Positions 59,966 through 64,000 of a stretch of 64,000 nt of DNA are shown here, one piece after another. A model generated the notes under the pieces. That model was not told the origin of the DNA. It searched no databases and saw nothing but the letters and a program-made list of their open reading frames with translations. The translations under genes were made by a program, and so were the position numbers. Every line of letters starts with the position of its first letter. The stretch's first letter is position 1. Source of the DNA: Treponemataceae bacterium (GTDB lineage Bacteria; Spirochaetota; Spirochaetia; Treponematales; Rectinemataceae); assembly GCA_963678065.2 (NCBI GenBank), contig CAXXVZ010000003.1, positions 1 through 64,000 of the forward strand, written 5' to 3'.

Positions 59966-60175
59966 GATGTGGATGACCTCTGAGCGGCACCAGAATGCCG
60001 CGGACAGTCGCACGCGCAAAAAATACGCGTGAACGTGCGTTTCGGAAAAGCGACGCACGGAACTATGAGAGGATTGTGTGGGATAGGGCGCCCAAGACTC
60101 ACCTGTGGGCATACCTGAGAGATCGCCTGTCGGCTCGTCTGGCGACGACCGACTCTCGGGCAGGCCGACGGGAGC

Positions 60176-60214
60176 CTAGCGGCTGGCCCGTGCGCGAGTG
60201 GAGAATACGAACAT
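60176..60214 (-). CDS. Putative leader peptide MFVFSTRARASR
   Basis: GGAGG-7 nt-ATG, 12 codons, TAG; lies between a TTGACA promoter and the exporter genes. Confidence 0.65.
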   Translation of the reverse strand: MFVFSTRARASR

Positions 60215-60295
60215 TTTTTGTCCTCCGGGGAGGAAGATCCGCGCGATGCGGATCACCCGGTGCGTGCCGGGGCCGGTTGTGGAAAAAGTGAAATG

Positions 60296-60325
60296 AAATT
60301 ACACTATCTCGCGCGACAGTGTCAA
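60296..60325 (-). promoter_or_regulatory. Sigma70-type promoter of leader/exporter transcript
   Basis: TTGACA followed after 18 nt by TAATTT (TGTAAT at 16 nt). Confidence 0.6.
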
Positions 60326-60366
60326 GAGAAATATACGGCGTCAGAAAACAGAAAGAGGTTTTGTGG

Positions 60367-60876
60367 ATGAACTGCTTCCAGATCTACACAGGCTGCGGCA
60401 AGGGCAAGACGACGGCCGCCTTCGGGCTCGCGCTTCGCGCCGCCGGACACGGGAAACGCGTATTTATCGGCCAGTTTCTCAAGCACGAGTACTCCGGCGA
60501 GACAATCCCCCTGAAGCTCCTTCCCTCCGTCGTGCACGAGCTTTTCGGGGCGACGCGTTCAGTGTACGAGCCGGTCTCCGGGCGCGACGAAAAGGCGGCG
60601 CGGGCAGGCATGGAGCGCGCCCGCGCTGTCCTCGCTTCGGGTTCCTTCGACCTTGTCATCCTGGACGAGCTCAATGTCGCCGTGGCGCGCGGCCTCCTCC
60701 CTGTAGAAGAGGTCCTCGCCCTCGTGGCCTTGCGGCCCGCGTCCTGCGAACTCGTCGTCACCGGGCGGGACGCCCATCCCCGCCTCGTCGAGGCCGCCGA
60801 CCTCGTCACCGAGATGCACCCGGTCAAGCACTACATCGACAAGGGAGTGGCGGCCCGAGAGGGAATCGAATATTGA
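60367..60876 (+). CDS. cobO: Cob(I)yrinic acid a,c-diamide adenosyltransferase
   Basis: IYTGCGKGKTTAAFG, QFLK, LDELN, TGR, ADLVTEM, REGIEY. Confidence 0.93.
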   Translation: MNCFQIYTGCGKGKTTAAFGLALRAAGHGKRVFIGQFLKHEYSGETIPLKLLPSVVHELFGATRSVYEPVSGRDEKAARAGMERARAVLASGSFDLVILDELNVAVARGLLPVEEVLALVALRPASCELVVTGRDAHPRLVEAADLVTEMHPVKHYIDKGVAAREGIEY

Positions 60877-60917
60877 GGGGGCAGCGCCCCGGACGCGCCG
60901 TAGCCCACAGAGGCAGC

Positions 60918-62348
60918 ATGGCAGCATTCCCGCGATTCATGATAGCCGCGACCCATTCAGGGGCGGGCAAGACGAGCTGGACTCTCGGCATTCTGGCCGC
61001 CCTCGCGCGAAGAGGGCTCAGCGTCCAGCCTTTCAAAGCGGGTCCCGATTACATCGACCCCAGTCTGCACTCCCTTTTGTCCGCCAGCCCCTCGCGCAAT
61101 CTGGACACCCGGCTCGTATCCGGACCCAGGATCCGGGCGCTCTTCCGCGCACATGCTGCAAAGGCCGACATCTCCCTCGTCGAGGGCGTCATGGGCTACT
61201 ACGACGGCGCGGGTCCACACGACGATTCAGGTTCGGGGGCGAGCCTCGCGCGTCTTCTCGATCTTCCTGTCTTCCTCATAATCGACATCTCAGGCACCAG
61301 CTCGAGCGCGGCCGCCATGGCCCTCGGCTTCATCCGCTACCGCAGGCCTTCGCGGATCGCCGGCTTCCTTCTCAACCGTGCCGGCAGCGAAGCCCATTAC
61401 CGGCTCGTCAGGGAATCGGTGGAAATGGCGACAAGGCTCCCTGTCCTCGGCTATCTCCCGGCCGACCGGGCGATATGCCTGCCCGAACGCCATCTCGGAC
61501 TCGTGTCGGGCGCTGAAAACGCGGAATTCTCGCGGATCGCCGGCCGGCTGGCGGACTCTGTCGAAGAACATGTCGACCTCGACGCGATCCTCGCGATAGC
61601 GCGTTCGGCTGTCGATCCTGGGGCCGGCTCGCGCGAATCCTTCCTCCGGGCATCTTTTCCCTCACTGCCGGTCGCGAGGATCGCGGTGGCTCGGGACGAG
61701 GCATTTTCCTTCTATTATGAGGACAACTTCGACATCCTGAGGCGCCTGGGCGCGGAGCTGGTCTTTTTCAGTCCGCTGCGGGACGCCGCTCTGCCCGAAG
61801 CCTGTACGGGACTGTATTTGGGCGGGGGCTATCCGGAACTCCATGCCGCGGATCTCGAGGCCAACATCGCGATGCGCAAGGCGATCCGCGACTTCGCCGA
61901 CGCAGGTTGCCCCGTGTTCGCGGAGTGCGGCGGGTACATGTATCTCATGGATTCGATCGTCGTCGGCGACGGTTCAGCCTGGTCCATGGCCGGCGTATTC
62001 CGCGGCCGGGCCATCATGGGAGAACGGCAGGCGGCTCTCGGCTATCACGACGCGGTGCTGCAAAGGGATTGCATTCTCGGCAGGGCCGGCGACCGCCTCG
62101 TCGGGCACCGCTTCCATTGGTCGAGGATCGAGGCCGGAACCGCTGCGGGGCCCGGCTATGAAGCCGGTGCGGCCATCCTTGTGTCCAGACCCGGAGGGGA
62201 GCCTCTTCCCGACGGTCTGGTGCGAAAGGCTGTTTTTGCCTCCTACCTCCACATCCACTTCGCAAGCGACCCCGCCCCCGCGCGCAACTTCATCAAAGCC
62301 TGCGCCGCCTGCCGGCGCAAAGAGGAGTGGAGAGCCGGGATAGTTTAA
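60918..62348 (+). CDS. cobB: Cobyrinate a,c-diamide synthase (CobB/CbiA)
   Basis: SGAGKT, FKAGPDYIDP, EGVMG, PERHLGL, DEAFSFYY, GGGYPE, AECGGYMYL, SYLHIHF. Confidence 0.94.
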   Translation: MAAFPRFMIAATHSGAGKTSWTLGILAALARRGLSVQPFKAGPDYIDPSLHSLLSASPSRNLDTRLVSGPRIRALFRAHAAKADISLVEGVMGYYDGAGPHDDSGSGASLARLLDLPVFLIIDISGTSSSAAAMALGFIRYRRPSRIAGFLLNRAGSEAHYRLVRESVEMATRLPVLGYLPADRAICLPERHLGLVSGAENAEFSRIAGRLADSVEEHVDLDAILAIARSAVDPGAGSRESFLRASFPSLPVARIAVARDEAFSFYYEDNFDILRRLGAELVFFSPLRDAALPEACTGLYLGGGYPELHAADLEANIAMRKAIRDFADAGCPVFAECGGYMYLMDSIVVGDGSAWSMAGVFRGRAIMGERQAALGYHDAVLQRDCILGRAGDRLVGHRFHWSRIEAGTAAGPGYEAGAAILVSRPGGEPLPDGLVRKAVFASYLHIHFASDPAPARNFIKACAACRRKEEWRAGIV

Positions 62349-62384
62349 TTCGGGGTGGGTTCATACCCGCGACTCACTGCACAC

Positions 62385-62413
62385 TTGACTACTACATATG
62401 TGTGTAGTATAAT
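62385..62413 (+). promoter_or_regulatory. Near-consensus promoter with palindromic spacer
   Basis: TTGACT-17 nt-TATAAT; ACTACATA-TG-TGTGTAGT inverted repeat covers the spacer. Confidence 0.8.
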
Positions 62414-62430
62414 GATTCGTGGTGTGTGAA

Positions 62431-63915
62431 ATGACGACAATCGACAAGATCGGCATCCTCGCGGATGCGGCCAAATTCGACGCCTCCTGTTCGACTGCGG
62501 GAAGCGCCCGCGCGAACACGCCCGGCGGCACCGGAACAGCGGCCGTCGGTGGCATCTGTCACGCCTGGTCCGCCGATGGCCGCTGCGTCGCCCTCTTCAA
62601 AGTCCTTCTCTCCAATGTCTGTTCTTATGACTGCGCCTATTGCGTGAACAGACGCTCAAACGACATCCGCCGCGCGACCTTCGAGTCCGGTGAGCTGGTC
62701 CGCCTCATCGTGGATTTCTACAAGCGCAACTACATCGAGGGGGCCTTCCTCTCTTCGGGCGTTCTTGGCTGCCCCGATGCGACGATGGAGCGATTGATAT
62801 CTGTCGCCCGAACTCTCAGGACCAGGGAGCGATTTAGCGGCTACATCCACATGAAGGTCATACCTGGTTCCTCGGAGGTCCTGGTTCTGGAAGCCGCGCG
62901 TTGGGCTGACCGAGTATCCGTCAATATCGAGCTCCCGAGCGCCGCGAGCCTCGCGCGCGTCGCTCCCGACAAGACTCCGCGCTCCATCTTCGGTCCGATG
63001 CGGACCTTGGCCCGCGCGAGCGGATACGAGCCGAAGAATCTCCTGCCTGTGAACCCGCGGACCTGGCCCGATCTGCCTTCCACCTCAGAGAGTCGGCAAG
63101 AGCTGGCAGTGGCGGAGCCTGAGCCTCTCTACGACGGCAGGAGGAGCCCGCAAAGTGTCATGGATGCCCGGATGGACCGCACCCGGAACCCGGGCGCGGC
63201 CATCCTCCCCGCGGGACAGACTACCCAACTCGTCGTAGGCGCCAGTCCCGAATCCGATGCGACGATCCTGAATCTGGCGGAGAATCTCTATCTCGCCTAT
63301 GACGTGCGGCGTGTCTATTACTCCGCCTTCATCTCCACGGGCGCCGACTCCCGCCTGCCTGCCCTGCCCGGACCGCCTCTTGCGCGCGAGCACAGGCTCT
63401 ATCAGGCCGATTGGCTCTTCCGCTTCTACGGATTTTCCGCCGCCGAGATCCTCGATCCGTCCAGGCCCTTTCTGGATACCCTTCTCGATCCGAAAAGCGA
63501 TTGGGCCCTCCGCAATCTCCACCTCTTCCCCCTCGAGATCAACACGGCCGAATACCGCGATCTTCTGAGAATCCCCGGCATCGGTCCCCGCTCGGCGTCG
63601 CGCATCGTGAGGGCGCGACGGAGAAACCTGCTTCGCGCGGAAACCCTGCCGTCTCTCGGTGTGGTGATGAAGAGGGCGCGGTGGTTCATCACCTGTTCGG
63701 GGAAGATGCCCGGCATAGGTACAGGCACAGATAAGGCGGGCAGGCGGGATTCCGGGCCGCATCTGCGGCCGGAAAATACCTCCTGGATCCGGGAGCCCGC
63801 CCGTCCCGGCCACATGCTGGACAAGCCGGCCGAACTGCGCCGGATTCTCGCCGATCCCATCTCCCGGAACGATCCCTCCCCTCAGCTCGAATTCCTCTGG
63901 GATGGCGGCGCATGA
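62431..63915 (+). CDS. Putative DNA modification/repair radical SAM protein (TIGR03916-like)
   Basis: ILADAAKFDASC, GICHAWSADGRC, CSYDCAYC, RNYIEG, PAGQTTQ, REHRLYQADWL, HhH LLRIPGIG; start could be GTG 62419. Confidence 0.92.
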   Translation: MTTIDKIGILADAAKFDASCSTAGSARANTPGGTGTAAVGGICHAWSADGRCVALFKVLLSNVCSYDCAYCVNRRSNDIRRATFESGELVRLIVDFYKRNYIEGAFLSSGVLGCPDATMERLISVARTLRTRERFSGYIHMKVIPGSSEVLVLEAARWADRVSVNIELPSAASLARVAPDKTPRSIFGPMRTLARASGYEPKNLLPVNPRTWPDLPSTSESRQELAVAEPEPLYDGRRSPQSVMDARMDRTRNPGAAILPAGQTTQLVVGASPESDATILNLAENLYLAYDVRRVYYSAFISTGADSRLPALPGPPLAREHRLYQADWLFRFYGFSAAEILDPSRPFLDTLLDPKSDWALRNLHLFPLEINTAEYRDLLRIPGIGPRSASRIVRARRRNLLRAETLPSLGVVMKRARWFITCSGKMPGIGTGTDKAGRRDSGPHLRPENTSWIREPARPGHMLDKPAELRRILADPISRNDPSPQLEFLWDGGA

Positions 63916-64000
63916 GGGAGACCGGAGAAACCGGGATCGGAGAATACACCGTCGCGAACCCGGACTCCGGGCAGTGCATCCTTGTCCATGACGGCAGTTT
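63912..64000 (+). CDS. Probable TIGR03915/DUF4130-family partner (5' fragment)
   Basis: ATGA overlap with upstream stop; MRETGETGIGEYTVANPDSGQCILVHDGS; DGS start motif and usual gene pairing. Confidence 0.6.
   Translation, partial: MRETGETGIGEYTVANPDSGQCILVHDGS

Noticed and set aside
59966..60366. Cobalamin riboswitch upstream of cobO
   Set aside because: No B12-box or conserved core recognised; the structure is better explained as the minus-strand exporter leader

Overview
GC-rich, gene-dense bacterial chromosomal window; Spirochaetota-like by inference from signal-peptide style and the mix of Firmicutes-type sugar modules. No rRNA, tRNA, CRISPR array or intact mobile element was seen. Contents in order: kdpFAB (kdpB cut by the window edge, kdpF missed by the ORF track); a CoA-binding protein; a sugar-utilisation operon (ABC importer, membrane-anchored AraC, GH43, MGH1/GH63-like hydrolase); a peptide ABC operon with an M14 peptidase; a carbohydrate-like locus with two divergent DUF5107-TPR paralogues flanking a LacI-sensor/LuxR-HTH hybrid regulator, plus a YesMN-like two-component system and sugar ABC importer but no recognisable glycosidase; a Liv ABC system with ilvE and an NSS transporter; a radical SAM protein; a BceRS-BceAB-like module; a 7TM-GGDEF protein; an MFS-HEAT fusion with GH4 alpha-galactosidase and AraC; a heterodimeric ABC exporter preceded by an unannotated 12-aa leader peptide; cobO and cobB; and a TIGR03916/TIGR03915-like DNA-repair pair under a palindrome-containing promoter. 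Best leads: the twin DUF5107 locus with its hybrid regulator, and the leader-peptide-controlled exporter. All family calls come from motifs read by eye; no database searches were run.
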